A program made the translations under genes and the position numbers. The notes below the pieces were generated by a model. The model was not told the origin of the DNA. It ran no database searches and saw only the letters and a program-made list of their open reading frames with translations. Shown piece by piece: positions 48,901 to 62,595 of a stretch of 64,000 nucleotides of DNA. Origin of the DNA: Camelus dromedarius. Taxonomy: Eukaryota. The DNA lies in assembly GCF_036321535.1 (NCBI RefSeq), contig NC_087438.1, forward strand, positions 11,410,001 through 11,474,000, written 5' to 3'. Within the stretch, counting starts at the first letter, position 1, and each line of letters begins with the position of its first letter.

Positions 48901-51699
48901 TGTCCCCAGTAGTGAGGAATATGTACAGATACTATTTATCATATAACACTTGACAAAGTCTCTTCCAACATCTCTTCAAATGACGCTATGAGATGATGAA
49001 AAAGGATCAAAGTTAATGTGTGTCCTTTTTAATAATCAAAAATGAGCATCATACCTGAATGTCGTAAATCAGTACTGAGTTTATGCCAACAAAATAAGCA
49101 CTGGTAAAGCCAGCGAACTCATCATCCAAACAACTACTTTGAATAACCAGTATATGTAGAAGAGACAACAACAGTGAGCAGCCTGCTGAATTTGAGTTAA
49201 CCTACTGCATAAAACATGGCCTTATTTTTGTTTTAATCCTGACATTCCCTTCGTCTAATTGAAAACATAATGATATTGGGCATTCTTTTTCATATTTCTA
49301 ATGTAACATTAGGCCACAAGGAGTCAGTTGTTTGCAATGGAGTTATCCAATCATGATCAAAATACATAATTTTAGAAATTATATTTAAGCGTGTAATGCT
49401 ATGGGATGAATTATTATTTCTCTCTACTTTACTTTGCGTTGAAGAGAGAAACTCAAGCTCAGTGCATCTACCTGATCAACAGTGGTATGAAGGCATGATC
49501 AAACTTGCATTTGGGCAGGAGTTCAGCCCATCAGGTAGGGCCAAAGGGAAAGCAAGTTAACACTTGGAAAAGCTAAGCGTTTGTTTAGCGCTAGACTGAC
49601 AGGGCCCACCCAGTCACTGTAACAGAGGTGTCAAATGGACATCTGGACTATTTAGTCAGTTTTTGTAATACACAGCTCATAGAGAATATTCTAGTAACAA
49701 AAACAAGCCATGACAACATTTATATCCCAGGGCAGGTTGGAATATGAGACTTAAACCTAACCACCTGCTGATGGGAGCACAAACAGTTAATGCTGGTGAA
49801 AGGCGTCATGAATGTTACGAGAGCTATGGTAAGGCTACTGATTGATAGTGGGGACGTATAGTGGGGCCCTGACATAGGAAATTGTATTTTCTTTAGTGTT
49901 TTCTCTTTATGGTTTAGATGAGATTTTATCTAAAGCCTCTGGGAGTTCCCTCAAAGATTTCTTCCAGGGAGAAGATTCTGCCATGTTCCCAGCAAGCATA
50001 TACTGAGTGTGTTATACACTGATACGGTATTTAGGAGGTAGAGTTTTGACTGTCATTAACCCTCACAGAGATGTAGGCTCACAGAAAGCTACATGTAGGT
50101 TCTGCTCCACCACTGTACCTCAACTCAGCTCTAGCTTTGCCATTGGCTTAATGAGAAACTTAAATCAATTTTTTTTAATTTGTTATTAGAATTGAACAGG
50201 TGAGTGTTCGTTTTTCCATAGGTGATAGTAAGTTGCCTCACAGAAGAGGAGAAAATAAACATTTTAGAATGTTTAATGGCACTGTCTGTGAAATAAATTG
50301 CTGTACTCTGGAGATGAAAGCATGTGTCTGTTTCAGAAGTAGTTTAAAATTATCAGCATTCTAAAATGTTTTTTCCCTCTGTTCTGCTTGTCAGTCTCCC
50401 TACCATCCTATCTATCTAAGCTACCGTGAAAATGTTAAACTGATGACCTGAAACTGAGAAGATTATAATCATCTTTACCCTTTATTGTATCCTATATCTG
50501 GTGAATGTTTAGCACCAAGCATGCATAGTTTACATAATTGAAATTCTATAAAGCTATTTAAAACTAAAGAAGAAAGACGTAGATAATTTTGAAGGCAAGG
50601 AACCTAAGTATTATGTTTAGCATAAAATATATGGCTTGGGGCATAATTGAAACTCTTAAAGAAAACCCAGAAAAATGATTGAAAAATCCTTGAAATTTTT
50701 CCAGAAAAAAAAGAAAAATGTGACATTAAACTGTAGTAAGGAAGAAAGGAAGGTACTATAATAAGCTGGATGCATTGCATTTTGGTGGGTGTTTCATTTG
50801 CAAATCTTACACCTTAGACATCTCTGATCCTTTGCATTCTATTGTCTGTAGGAATGCTTATCCAATTCTGATGCTTACAGCATTTTTTTCTTATTTTTAA
50901 GCCCAAAGCTAATTTTAAAGTTGGGACTTATGGCTCTGAGCTCAGGGTCAGCTGAGTGGAGTCTACTTTGATCTTAAATGTTTAGGTTGGAAAGGGAAGA
51001 ATTTGCGGGGTTTGGGGTCTGATACTAAATTTGCCACCCTGTCACGCTTTCCTCACTTTAGAAACCTACCCCAAATATGGTGGATAAACCACTGGTGCAT
51101 TCTGAGAGCCTGAAGTGGGCAAAATAGCCTCTAAAGTTACCCATCTTGTAGATCCAGCAATGGGATGGGAAAATTTCACCCAGTGTGAACACGTAATCTT
51201 TGAGCCAATCTGTACATCCTGGTTTTGAGAATCCAGAGTGGAGTGTGCTCCCAGCTCGCCAGACCATGTGCCCACAGGAGAAGAGCTCCTGACAGTTCCT
51301 GCCTCTTCGGACCCTTTGAAATACAGGTGACCGGGACAGCTTACTCAGGCATCTGTTGTGGTTGACACACAGCAGAAGATCAACTCTATTCCAAGGCTAT
51401 TATTTACTACTTCTCTACATACCTCAGTAACTCAATCTGAAAATTGGGAAACAAACAAACAAAAAAACCCTAACTTGCCCACCTTACAGCATTAAGTCTG
51501 AAGAAATATAATATAGCTAAAAGTGGTTTATAAACTATAGTGGGCAAATGCAACTTTCCTTAATTTTATACATTTTAGGGAAGGTCTTCTGAATTCAACA
51601 AATATATTGGAATCTTCTATGCAATCACCCAGCTTGCTGCTACAAGAGACAAAAAGAAAGACTCCAAGGAGCTGAATCTAAAGCTTTTACACATCGCAT

Positions 51700-51960
51700 T
51701 TATCTATTCACTGAATATTTAATGAGCACCTCTACCGTGTGAAGCACTTTTGTAGATTTTAGGAAAACAGTTGTGAAAAGGACAATCAGGGTACATATCA
51801 CCGTGGACCTTTCAGCCACCTAAGCAGGAAGATAAATGAAAGCCTTAATTAAGATACAAAGCACTGTGATGGTTTAAATGAGGCATACCCCGCATGTTGA
51901 TGGACCCAGGGAGTAGCTCATGAAGAAGACAGTACTTGAGTCAAGCCTAAAGATGATTTT
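51700..51960 (-). mobile_element. L2 relic
   Basis: attcactgaatatttaatgagcacctctaccgtgtgaagcac...acttgagtcaagcctaaagatga. Confidence 0.65.
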
Positions 51961-52946
51961 CAAGCAACAGCAATATAAATGCACAAGGGAAGAGGAGGCA
52001 ACTGGGGTAGGAGAGAGTTTAGATCATGCTCCAGGAAACCATGAACAGTCCAGTTTTCTGGAGATTCGGCCACACCAAGGGACATATTAACAGGCAAGTT
52101 TGAAAAATTGTGTTGAAGCCCCAACAAAGCCAGCTCTCCTTAGATGGATAGACCAAAGTCTGCTCTGAATTCAGCAGGCAATGGGGAAGGCACTGTAATT
52201 GATCCAATCAGAATGGATTAGAGTTGGAAAGAGAATAAAAAGTGTGAAACTCATTTTGAGAACATCACACCATTAAATACCTCTCATAAAGTCACTTGTG
52301 ACTCATGCAAATAATAATGAAACACATTGCAAAGCCAGCATGCAAGGGTAATACACTTAGTGTGGATGTGCAGAAAAAAAGAAGAATGTATCTAGCCAGA
52401 GTCTTCTACCCCCATGGACTCCCCACTTGATATATATCATGCTTTCCAAATTTATGAATACAAAGGTTTGTCTTTAGCCCTATTTCGTATAGCTATCACA
52501 TCCAAAGTAGAAACCAGGATGCTACCCATATGCAGAGCATAGACACTCACAGAGGGAATCCAGCACCAGCCAGAATCTCACAGACTAGAACATTTATTCA
52601 CACGGCAACTACCCATCAGCTACTCATTTCTGGTGGAGCAGAAATAACTCAGCCTCTTTTCCCCGACCACATTGGAAATCCTGCTGATTTCAGTGAAAAC
52701 ACGGAGGAGAAAGCATAAGCAATAGGAATCTATAAACCCAGCCGTGAGTTTTGGTAGTAGAGGAGTGCCAGCTAGCAGCTGGACGGATAGACACATAATG
52801 TTCGTGTGCACGAGAGAGAAAAGAAAAAGAAACAGAGATTCTATGTATCAGGCAGCATAAGAGAGAAATGAAATTTGTGCGCTGATTCTAACGGAATTGC
52901 CCTTGGGCATAGATATGCAAAAAATCTCTTTATGGTAACATTTAGA

Positions 52947-54558
52947 TTTTTTTTTAACATTTTTTATTGATTTATAATCATTTTACAATGTTGTGTCAAA
53001 TTCCAGTGTTCAGCACAATTTTTCAGTTATTCATGGACATACACACACTCATTGTCACATTTTTTTCTCTGTGAGTTATCATAACATTTTGTGTATATTT
53101 CCCTGTGCTATACAGTGTAGTCTATTCTACAATTTTGAAATCCCAGTCTATCCCTTCCCACCCTCCACCCCCCTGGTAACCACAAGTCTGTATTCTCTGT
53201 CTGTGAGTCTATTTCTGTCCTTTATTTACGCTTTGTTTTTGTTTGTTTGTTTGTTTTTGTTTTTGTTTTTTAGATTCCACATATGAGCGATCTCATATGG
53301 TATTTTTCTTTCTCTTTCTGGCTTACTTCACTTAGAATGACATTCTCCAGGAGCATCCATGTTGCTGCAAATGGCATTATGTTGTAGGTTTTTATGGCTG
53401 AGTAGTATTCCATTGTATAAATATACCACATCTTCTTTATCCAGTCACCTGTTGATGGGCATTTAGGCTGTTTCCATGTCTTGGCTATTGTAAATAGTGC
53501 TGCTATGAACATTGGGGTGCAGGTGTCATCCTGAAGTAGATTTCCTTCTGGATACAAGCCCAGGAGTGGGATTCCTGGGTCATATGGTAAGTCTATTCCT
53601 AGTCTTTTGAGGAATCTCCACACTGTTTTCCATAGTGGCTGCACCAAACTGCATTCCCACCAGCAGTGTAGGAGGGTTCCCCTTTCTCCACAGCCTCTCC
53701 AGCATTTGTCATTTGTGGATTTTTGAATGACGGCCATTCTGACTGGTGTGAGGTGATACCTCATTGTAGTTTTGATTTGCATTTCTCTGATAATTAGTGA
53801 TACTGAGCATTTTTTCATGTGCTTTTCGATCATTTGTATGTCTTCCTTGGAGAATTGCTTGTTTAGGTCTTCTGCCCATTTTTGGATTGGGTTGTTTATT
53901 TTTTTCTTCTTGAGTCATATGAGCTGCTTATATATTCTGGAGATCAAGCCTTTGTCGGTTTCACTTGAAAAAATTTTCTCCCATTCCATAGGTTTTCTTC
54001 TTGTTTTATTTCTGGTTTCCTTTGCTGTGCAGAAGCTTGTAAGTTTCATTAGGTCCCATTTGTTTATTCTTGCTTTTATTTCTTCTAGGAGAAAATTTTT
54101 TAAATGTATGTCAGATAATGTTTTGCCTATGTTTTCCTCTAGGAGGTTTATTGTATCTTGTCTTATGTTTAAGTCTTTAATCCATTTTGAGTTGATTTTT
54201 GTATATGGTGTAAGGGAGTGTTCTAGCTTCACTGTTTTACATGCTGCTGTCCAGTTTTCCCAACACCATTTGCTGAAGAGACTGTCTTTATTCCAATGTA
54301 TATTCTTGCCTCCTTTGTCAAAGATGAGTTGACCAAAAGTTTGTGGGTTCATTTCTGGGCTCTCTATTCTGTTCCATTGGTCTATATGTCTGTTTTGGTA
54401 CCAATACCATGCTGTCTTGATGACTGTAGCTCTATGGTATTGTCTGAAGTCTGGGAGAGTTATTCCTCCAGCCTCTTTCTTTCTCTTCAGTAATGCTTTG
54501 GCAATTCTAGGTCTTTGATGGTTCCATATGAATTTTATTATGATTTTTTCTAGTTCTG
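52947..54558 (-). mobile_element. Young 5'-truncated LINE-1 (ORF2 C-terminal third, 3' UTR, poly(A))
   Basis: ORFs 53915-54352 and 53270-53833 are L1 ORF2 ([38 protein letters not shown]); poly(T) at 52947; probable short TSD GATTTTT (52945-52951 / 54558-54564). Confidence 0.97.
53270..54556 (-). pseudogene. L1 ORF2p C-terminal fragment (about 429 codons, one in-frame TGA at 53915-53917)
   Basis: One frame from [24 protein letters not shown]...[19 protein letters not shown]...HMRSLICGI; endonuclease and RT domains are absent. Confidence 0.9.
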
Positions 54559-54824
54559 ATTTTTAGCCTCAAGCTAAAAATGTGTCAGTGGATACAGCTC
54601 TCTGCCTGAAATTGTTTTCACAGACACGTGGATAAAAGTCAGTATATAATTCTTGGTTCAGCCAATCTATTAACCCTGCAGACGAGCTGAGCTCAGAGCT
54701 GTGTTGTGAATCTGTTCAATATCACATGCATTTCTATGGCCACTTCCTCCGTTTATATCCCCTTTCAGCTGGGAAGTCACGTCATTGCACCTGTTCATCT
54801 TCTGCCAAATATGTATTTTTTGGG

Positions 54825-54946
54825 CACCTATTCCTGTTTCTTACAGGGATTTTATTTGATTTTATTTTTGCCTTCTGTTTTTTGAAGTGGACAGCTGTTC
54901 TTGTTTCTTACAGGGATTTTTTTTTGGCCTACCTTTTTGAAGAGGG
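54825..54946. repeat. Diverged two-copy tandem duplication (period about 67 bp)
   Basis: TGTTTCTTACAGGGATTTT at 54835-54853 and 54902-54920; both units end in tttttgaagNgg. Confidence 0.7.
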
Positions 54947-57900
54947 CTGAATAATTCATAGAGCTTTCAAAACTAAGAATATATGCATATACATGTATTT
55001 CTTATGTATATGTTTATGTATATATATACATGCAGAGACAGAAAAGGAAGTCATCGTCACCACATTCCCAAACTCTAAGCATAGTCCTTTCTCATACATC
55101 TGGCCCTCCACCACCATATCAAGATATGGACTGTACTGTGGAATTGCAAAGAAAGAAGAAGATCTACTTTCCTTGCTGCTCGGGTTTATTGGGTGTGTTC
55201 ATGTGGATAAGACATAGATAGACGGACAGACAGACAGACACACACACATATATATAACATACACATAAACATACTGTCAATCATAACAGTATTTTTAACT
55301 TTAAATGTTCTGAAATACTGTTCTGTTTCAAGGGTTCTGCTGATTGAAATGATAATGTGGAAGATCATTTACACAGGAAAGGAGTTGTAGTTGAGATAAA
55401 CAGATTTGAAAAAGCAACCTTTTATAAGCTTAGAATTTTGGTCTGCATGACTTGAGAAAATAATCCAAGAAACAAAAAAATACAAAAATGCTGGCTTTGC
55501 TCCATCAATTCTTCAGACACAGGGACCAGGCGTATCAATGTATTAGACAAGCCTGAAAGGGTCATGCCGTGCAGTCTGGCCCAATCAGGAACTATTCAGA
55601 GGCCTGGAAGAGAAACCTGAATTTAAAAAATCAGCAAAGGATTGAGAGAAAGAGAAAAATAGAAAAAACTCATAAGGGTCTCCATGCAAATGGAATTGGT
55701 GAGCAACGGAGCTTTTAGTGGGCTTACTTTAAGAATGTTGATGGTAATGATCGTCATTACAAGAAAAGAATTTTAATGCTATTTTAAAGATACTTTTAAG
55801 TATCTTCAGGGTCTTTCATGTAGACATTTTCCCCTGTTACTGAACATTATAGAAAAAGAAAGAAAGTATGATATGTGAATTCAAGACCTACTTTTCACTG
55901 GGGATGGAAGGATTAAGTGGCTATTAGGAGAACTAACTGTGTGGGGTGCTCCTTGGGGGAACCTCGTGTCATCTGTGCCCACAAGAATATAATCAGTTCA
56001 TTCACACTAAGAAATAAATGTGTTTTGCATTCACCTGTTCCAGAGATTTCCTCATTTTAACCTGAAGTCACAGGACGGCATCTCTAAGACAAAACTCTAT
56101 TATTGGAGGGAGAAAAGGGAAGTCATCCTCTTCCCGTCCCTAACCTGTAAGCAGAATCCTTTCTCTTACAGCTGCTCCTGCACCACCACATTAAGATCTG
56201 TACTGAAGAACTGCAAAGAAAGAAGAAAATGTGTTTCTACTTTTCTTAGTGCTCTGGTCTTTAAGGTCTGTTCATGGTGCTACCAGCAAAGCCAGTCCTG
56301 ATAAAGAAGGACGACAGGTGGGATACTGAGCAAGAGAATCACTTCCGTTGGGTGGGATTTTTTTTTCACCTTCTAAGTGAATTACTTGATAATTTCCAGA
56401 GAACCTATTATTATGGATTCCCTATTGGAGTCAAAGCAACATATGAAAGTAAATCAGATGTATAAACTTAGAATCTTTCAAGCAAACATTGGAGTGCACC
56501 ATGCATATTGCCAATCAAATAACAAATGAATCAATAAAACTGAATCCTCTGATTGTAGAAATTAAAGCAGTATGGACTGAAAGTAAACAATTCGGTTCAA
56601 AAAGGAGAAAATCATTATTACTTTAACTTCTGATAATATTTATCAGTGTATGTCTCATTGGCCCAATTAGTAGACTTCCAGTTTTCCTTAGAACAATTCT
56701 ACTTCACAATCTGAAGGTAAAGTAGGGGAATAACTTGTGAAAAAGGCTTAATTCAGATTGACTCTTTGGAAGGTAGAGTACTCTGGATTCTTATTGAAAC
56801 CTAAGTTGTTCTAAAGACTATCAAATAGAAACCTACTTAAAACTACTTAACTTCAAAAACGAAATGAGAAATAGATTGCTTAGTTGCCAATCCAGAAACA
56901 GATTCTTCATTGGCTACCCCGGTTTCTAAAGGCCATATACTTTTACCGCCTCAGTTCACTGAATGACGAATGCCCAAAGCCCCAAATATTTCTTCTCTTA
57001 TTGTATTTTTTTAATTAATGAGTCATTTCTTATGACTTCCCCATAAGATTTTTCTTGAGTGAACCACAGAACATTAGAGCAAGCAAGAATCTGAAAAAGC
57101 CAGAGCTAGATTATATCACTAAACTTCACACAGCGCACTGCCCTTTTTAAGTACAACCACGGCGTAGATAGGTCTCCCATCTCTAGAAGGACTTTTTAAA
57201 CATACTCAGCACAATGTACTGAATACTCAGCCCAGAATGCAAATGATTGTCTTTGCATTCTTAATGACTTTTAAGCTGGGTGTGATTGCCACGTCTTGCT
57301 GTATATTGTACAGGTTTATTTTTGCAGGTTAACATCATTCACTTCAGAATGAAAGTGCATAGGGGATTTAGTGGCATTCTTCAACAGTTAACTTGCTTTG
57401 TGCAGAACGTCAAAGGTGATGCAATTATAAGATGACCAGAAAAGTGCGCTTAATTAGAATTCAAAAGCCTTTGATTCCAGTCACTCTGCTTCTCTTTCCT
57501 TATCCAGTTTTCCAAAAAGGGAGTGTCCCATGCAGCTGCCTCTCATCTTGTCACTCCGAGTCTTCGCTCCGTGACTACAGAGTACACAGTGACAGTTTTA
57601 TACTGGTTGTCTTGCTTTCACATGGCTGTGCCTTTTCCCCTTACAGCATATGTTTAATATTTATGATGGAGCAGGATGTTTAAAGTTGTGGCGTTACTGG
57701 TTTGTTTTCCTTAGAAGGCACAGACGCCCCGGCTTGCGGAGTCCCAGAGCTCTCAACGTCCTCGCAGCACAAAGTGCCCGAAGTTGCCTCCATGTTTACG
57801 TAGTTATGATTATCTAAATGGTCTAATGTTTTGAGTCAGCGTGTTTTTGCTCTTTGCAGCCATTATGTTGATTGAAGGAAGACGACTGAACAATATACAA

Positions 57901-59066
57901 GGAAGAATTTGATGCTTTGATTAAAAGAAAAAAGTGTCCAGATGACTTGAGGAAACTGGTCCAACTCGGTTTCCCACGTGAAATATACTTCCATCTGTTC
58001 TTATAATCCCAAAGTATGGCTTAAGTAGTGATACTGGTATTCACAGTTCGCCCCTGATTGAGCAGCGAGCTTACCCTTTAGGAGAGAACCTGCTAGCTTT
58101 CTTTTTAGGGCCCCACAGAGGTTTCCAGTTGGCTTGTACAACCCAAGAGGCAGTGGCACAATACAGGCCTTTCACCAAGTCCCCTAGATTGGGAGAAGTC
58201 ATGGAGCTGTCCTCAGACATCCAACACCACGTTGCCACTGTCAGTCCTGCGGGGCTGATTCAGTTCTTGCCCCTGTGGTTTCTAGGTGAGCACGGCATAG
58301 CCTCTCATCGGAGGTGCGGTGATGTTGATGATGAAGGTTTCAAATGGTGGGTCTAGGTGATCAGAGTAGAACAAGCCCTGAAGGAATGAATAGTGACTTG
58401 CCCGCTGAATGTCTACGTCAAGAGCATGTCAGCAAAAGTGCTGGGTGAGAAAGACAGTGGTCACCACTCTGACGACCTCTGGGTTCCTTGCAGGAAATGC
58501 AGCAGGTTGAAGGCCCGGCAAGCCAAATGAGTACATGGAGGAGTAAAGGCCATTTCAAAGTTAATGTTCAACTCAAGGTACAACATTTCAGGAATAAAAG
58601 AGGGGGGAAAATGGGAGCCATCCGAGACAGGAAAATTTTCTTAAAAGATCTGATTCTCACTTCTTTAGGTAAAGGATTCTGGCAAATGGTGCCTACCTAG
58701 AGGTCAGTTCCCATCTCCCACCATAGCCTTCCCAGTATTGTACCCACTGGGTGCAGACTGTTGAATGCAGGAGTTGGGAGGAGGTGGTTTAGATGTAAAC
58801 ACCACAAAATCTGATTAGGGCTCTCCTTGCCCTTTGATATTCTGGGGCACTTCCCTCCAGGAAGATCAACATGTTCTTAGTTGCCATGGTTTTATCTTTT
58901 TATGGTCTCTGGTCTCTGTGCACATGAAAACAGACTCTTTCTGAGTAGCAACGATTTCTCCTTCCTTCATGTAAAAATAGGCAGGGGGTAGAAAAATCCA
59001 GAATTTATTTAGACATTTGACTTTTTTTAAAACATAATTTTAATTCTTAATTTTGAAAAATAAAGT

Positions 59067-59281
59067 GGGAGTTCTGGATTTGCAGATACTAATTCCTATA
59101 CATAAAATAGATAAACAGCAAGGTCCTACTGTATTGCCCAGGGAACTGTATTTAATACCTTGTAATAGCCTTTAATGAAAAAGAATATGAAAAATTATAT
59201 ATAAATAAAATTGAATCACTATGCTGTACACCAGAAATTAATACAACATTGTAAGCCAACTATACTTCAATTTAAAAAAAA
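59067..59281 (+). mobile_element. L1 3' UTR end
   Basis: gggagttctggatttgcagatac...aaaatagataaacagcaaggtcctactgt...aactatacttcaatttaaaaaaa. Confidence 0.9.
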
Positions 59282-62076
59282 TTTTTAAAGAAACATTAAT
59301 AGATATTTTTGTGGAATCTCTTTTAAAGGAGATTATAAAACTCTGCAGTATAGCAACTGCCTTAGTGTTTGTTTGTTTGTTTTTCTCTCTCTCTCTCTCT
59401 CTACTTCTCATGCAACTCAAATTTTTAAAAACAGATTGGAGGTCAGAGTGCCACTAATTCATTCCAAGAAGACCAGCACATGGGGCAAGAGAATGTATAC
59501 TCATATCTGTTCTACTTTCACAGTCTAGGGATCGGAACCTTGGACAACAGCTTTCTCTTTATGTAGCTTTTGGAAACTACACTTCTACAGCCCCTAGAAA
59601 GAGAAGGGAAGAACTGGAGAAATAATGGTTATTTTAGGGACCTAAGGTTAAGGTTGACATTGCAAAATACAGCACCCTTATCATATCCTATGGTAGCTGC
59701 TACATTTCAAGGTATGTTAGTACCTCTGAATCTTCATAGATATAGCTTTCAATTGTGCTTATAATTTTAAGTTTCTTCAGTAAAAAGTCAAAAGACTACT
59801 TCGAGCATTATGTTTCTTGGCTGCTCTAATTTAAGATGTATTCTTGTCTTTTGACATACTTCTAAGCTTTGAGCCAGATTTGTTCATACTAGGTTATCTG
59901 ATAGTCAAATGTGAATTACAACAGACCCTTTCTGACATTTTGTGTACTTATTCGCAGTGAAAACATACAAAACTTATAACCCTGATGTGACTACACAATG
60001 CTCTTTGTTCCCTACTTTGATTACGTAGCAATGCCAAACTCTAAAGAGGGATAAATTATAAACCCTTTGTGGATTTTGTGGCAAAAACAGAGGCTCTTTG
60101 CAATGATTAAGTATTAGATAGATTATGGTTGTGATGGGTTGCTTCTAATTTTATTTCGGTCTTTACACAATTTAAATCATAAGAAGGAAAACTATTCCAG
60201 GATAAAGAAGAGCTTTGGTCAAAGCTCAAAATGAGTTCCAGGAGTGTAAGATACAAAAAAAGAAAGAGTTATGTTAATAACCACACATTTGATATCTTGC
60301 ACATTAATCTTGGTCAACATGTTCCTAAATTTTTCCTTAAGAAAACAAAATCTCTATTTCATAACTATTTGACTGTATTTATATGGGTTATATTTTTATA
60401 ATGAAGAAAAGTGTGTACTTTACTTTACTTTGCTTTACTGGCCAAGGAATATTATTAAAAGTACAAATACCTGACCATTTCTTTGTGATATACTTCAGTG
60501 TCGTAATAGTGGATCACTGAATAGTCAGCTTTTTATCAGTCTCTCGATATGGCTGAAAAAGCCATAATGGACCATCTTGCAAGATGCTGTTTTAATCATC
60601 TTTTTATTTCCCTGATCTATGAAGCAAATGAAGCAATCTTTTAGCTATAAACTATGCATTGTTTGTTCAAAGTAACCTGAAATTAACTCTAAAAATAATA
60701 AAACATTAAAATTTCTCAAAATCTAAGACTAAGGTGCCATGTTTAATTCATTGTCCTTTTTTAAACCATTTTAAGAGATTTGATCTTCTTCTTAACCTAA
60801 AGGGACTAACCGATTGCTTGGAAGCCAACCTGCACATAATCTGGCCCAGAACAGGGAATTTTTTTAAGGCACTCCATACTGAATGAGCCAGAACAATTCC
60901 TACCTCGAGGCTTCTATCTGCTCAACCTCTGAAGAATAAATCGGAATGTTCTTTGCTTTTATTAATTTAATAGAGAGAGACTTTAAAACCAAATGAATAT
61001 ATGTCACAACAAAAAATCTTGAGGAAAACCCAAGCCACCAGGCTGGAATATAATGTCAAAGTGCTAACATTTGCTGGGAAAAAATTAAGTATTTTTAAGT
61101 TCAGATCTAAAGTAATGAGAATAAGCAGAGTGGCCCAGCCATGAGAACCTTGGGGACATCTCAGTTTGGGTTGGGGGCAAGCACAGGGAACAATCAGAGG
61201 GCGGGATGGAGGGGATAAATCTTGAGTTACCTCCCAGTCCACGCGTGTCCCCACCCGCACCCTGACCCATGTCATAAGGTCAAACCATGGCCTCCTGGGG
61301 GAAATAAAACTGTAACCTACTGAATATGAAATATCGATATAAATGATGAACCAGAATCTACCATCCTGTTTGCTTTATGACTAAGTAGAAGTCTTAAATT
61401 TTGGTTAAAAGGAAACTAAAAGTACACGTTGTCCAGAAAAGCTATTATTAAATTGAGATCATCTCCAACATATCAAATGTATATTCCCTCAGCGACTGGT
61501 TCCCAATCCTTCTCCAAAGCATTTTTTTTTAATGGTCTTGAGATTAAGTGAAAGCTTTCGGCACTGATTAATGCCACGTGTTATAATTAGGAACTTACTT
61601 TTAGATTTGTTTTTTTCAATCTTTATCCATATGCTAAGAGATAGATCCAATACGTATACACTTCTAGATATCTTCCTAAGAGAAATATGACCCAGAAATT
61701 ATGGACTGATTGAGATATGGGTGAACTGGAAAGTTAGTGAAAGGTTCTAATTCTCCAGAAGAATATTATGCAGTTGGTGTGGAAGGATTTCCCACAAGTA
61801 TTTCAATTTGCTTGAATTCTACTCTGCAGCTGAATGTCTTTAAGATTATTATTAATTTTCCTTGGAAACGAGGACTTCCTAAAATAAGTATGAATTAATA
61901 ATATAGTCCAGAATGAGCCTGCACGTTAAAGTCTTGTCCCCAAAATCCAGGGACCCATTGAAAAGTCGGTCTTTGGGCTGAGTATTGATTGGGTCTGTTC
62001 TTTGGAAGGCATGGCCCTCGGGTCTCTCAAGCAGAGATTGTGAACTTGAACTGTAGTAGAAACTCACCATGCAAAT

Positions 62077-62595
62077 TGTTGACTGAAATAAATGCACAGC
62101 CTAAAAGTTGACAGTTACGTTTCTTTTGGCGGACATCTCTGAGGACTTGAACCCCTTCGAGCCCCAGATGACAGCCTCTCAGATCTCTCTGAGGGACTGC
62201 TCCGAAGAGGTAGGGGAGGAGCTAGGTTATATAGGAGCTTTACAACAAAGACCATGTAGTTGGAACATTAAAAGATTACTTGTTAAAAAAAAAAAAATTA
62301 CTTGTTAACTGTAGAAAACCAGGCATCTCAAGTTAAAGAATTTAGTGCTTTTCTGTGTATGGGAGGAAGCAAACATTTGGGCTCATTGAATTCATTCCTT
62401 TGACAAGCACCTAGCCATCTAGGGCCAGTATCCTGTCCTTTCTTATTCTGAGTCCCCTCAGGGTTCACCATTGTGAGTGGCTGCAGGGGCCAGGCTGCAG
62501 GCCTCTCTTTACTGGGGGCTGCGGCAGCTGCTGAGGACTTGATGGCTTCAGCATTCTTTGGTTACTGATATGGTTTGCAGTATTTTTCATTCACA
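62077..62595 (-). mobile_element. ERV1-class solo LTR
   Basis: TGTTGACTGAAA...TTCACA termini; flanks AAAT/AGAT (4-bp TSD, one mismatch); cagcctctcagat..ctgagggactgctcc and gggccagtatcctgt text typical of laurasiatherian ERV1 LTRs. Confidence 0.8.

Noticed and set aside
50170..50205. Plus-strand 10-nt microexon (TTAG|AATTGAACAG|GTGAGT)
   Set aside because: Not frame-preserving, no partner exons, and the acceptor tract is a generic T-run
51040..51330. Plus-strand exon candidate after strong acceptor CTTTCCTCACTTTAG
   Set aside because: All three frames stop within 70 nt and the nearest donor (CAG|GTGACC) is weak
53772..54493. Plus-strand ORFs of 186 and 65 aa, hydrophobic
   Set aside because: Antisense shadow of L1 ORF2, a familiar source of spurious membrane-protein calls
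4216..59281. Inferring host-gene strand from L1 orientation bias
   Set aside because: L1 fragments are about evenly split between strands (roughly 9 minus, 7 plus), so there is no usable bias
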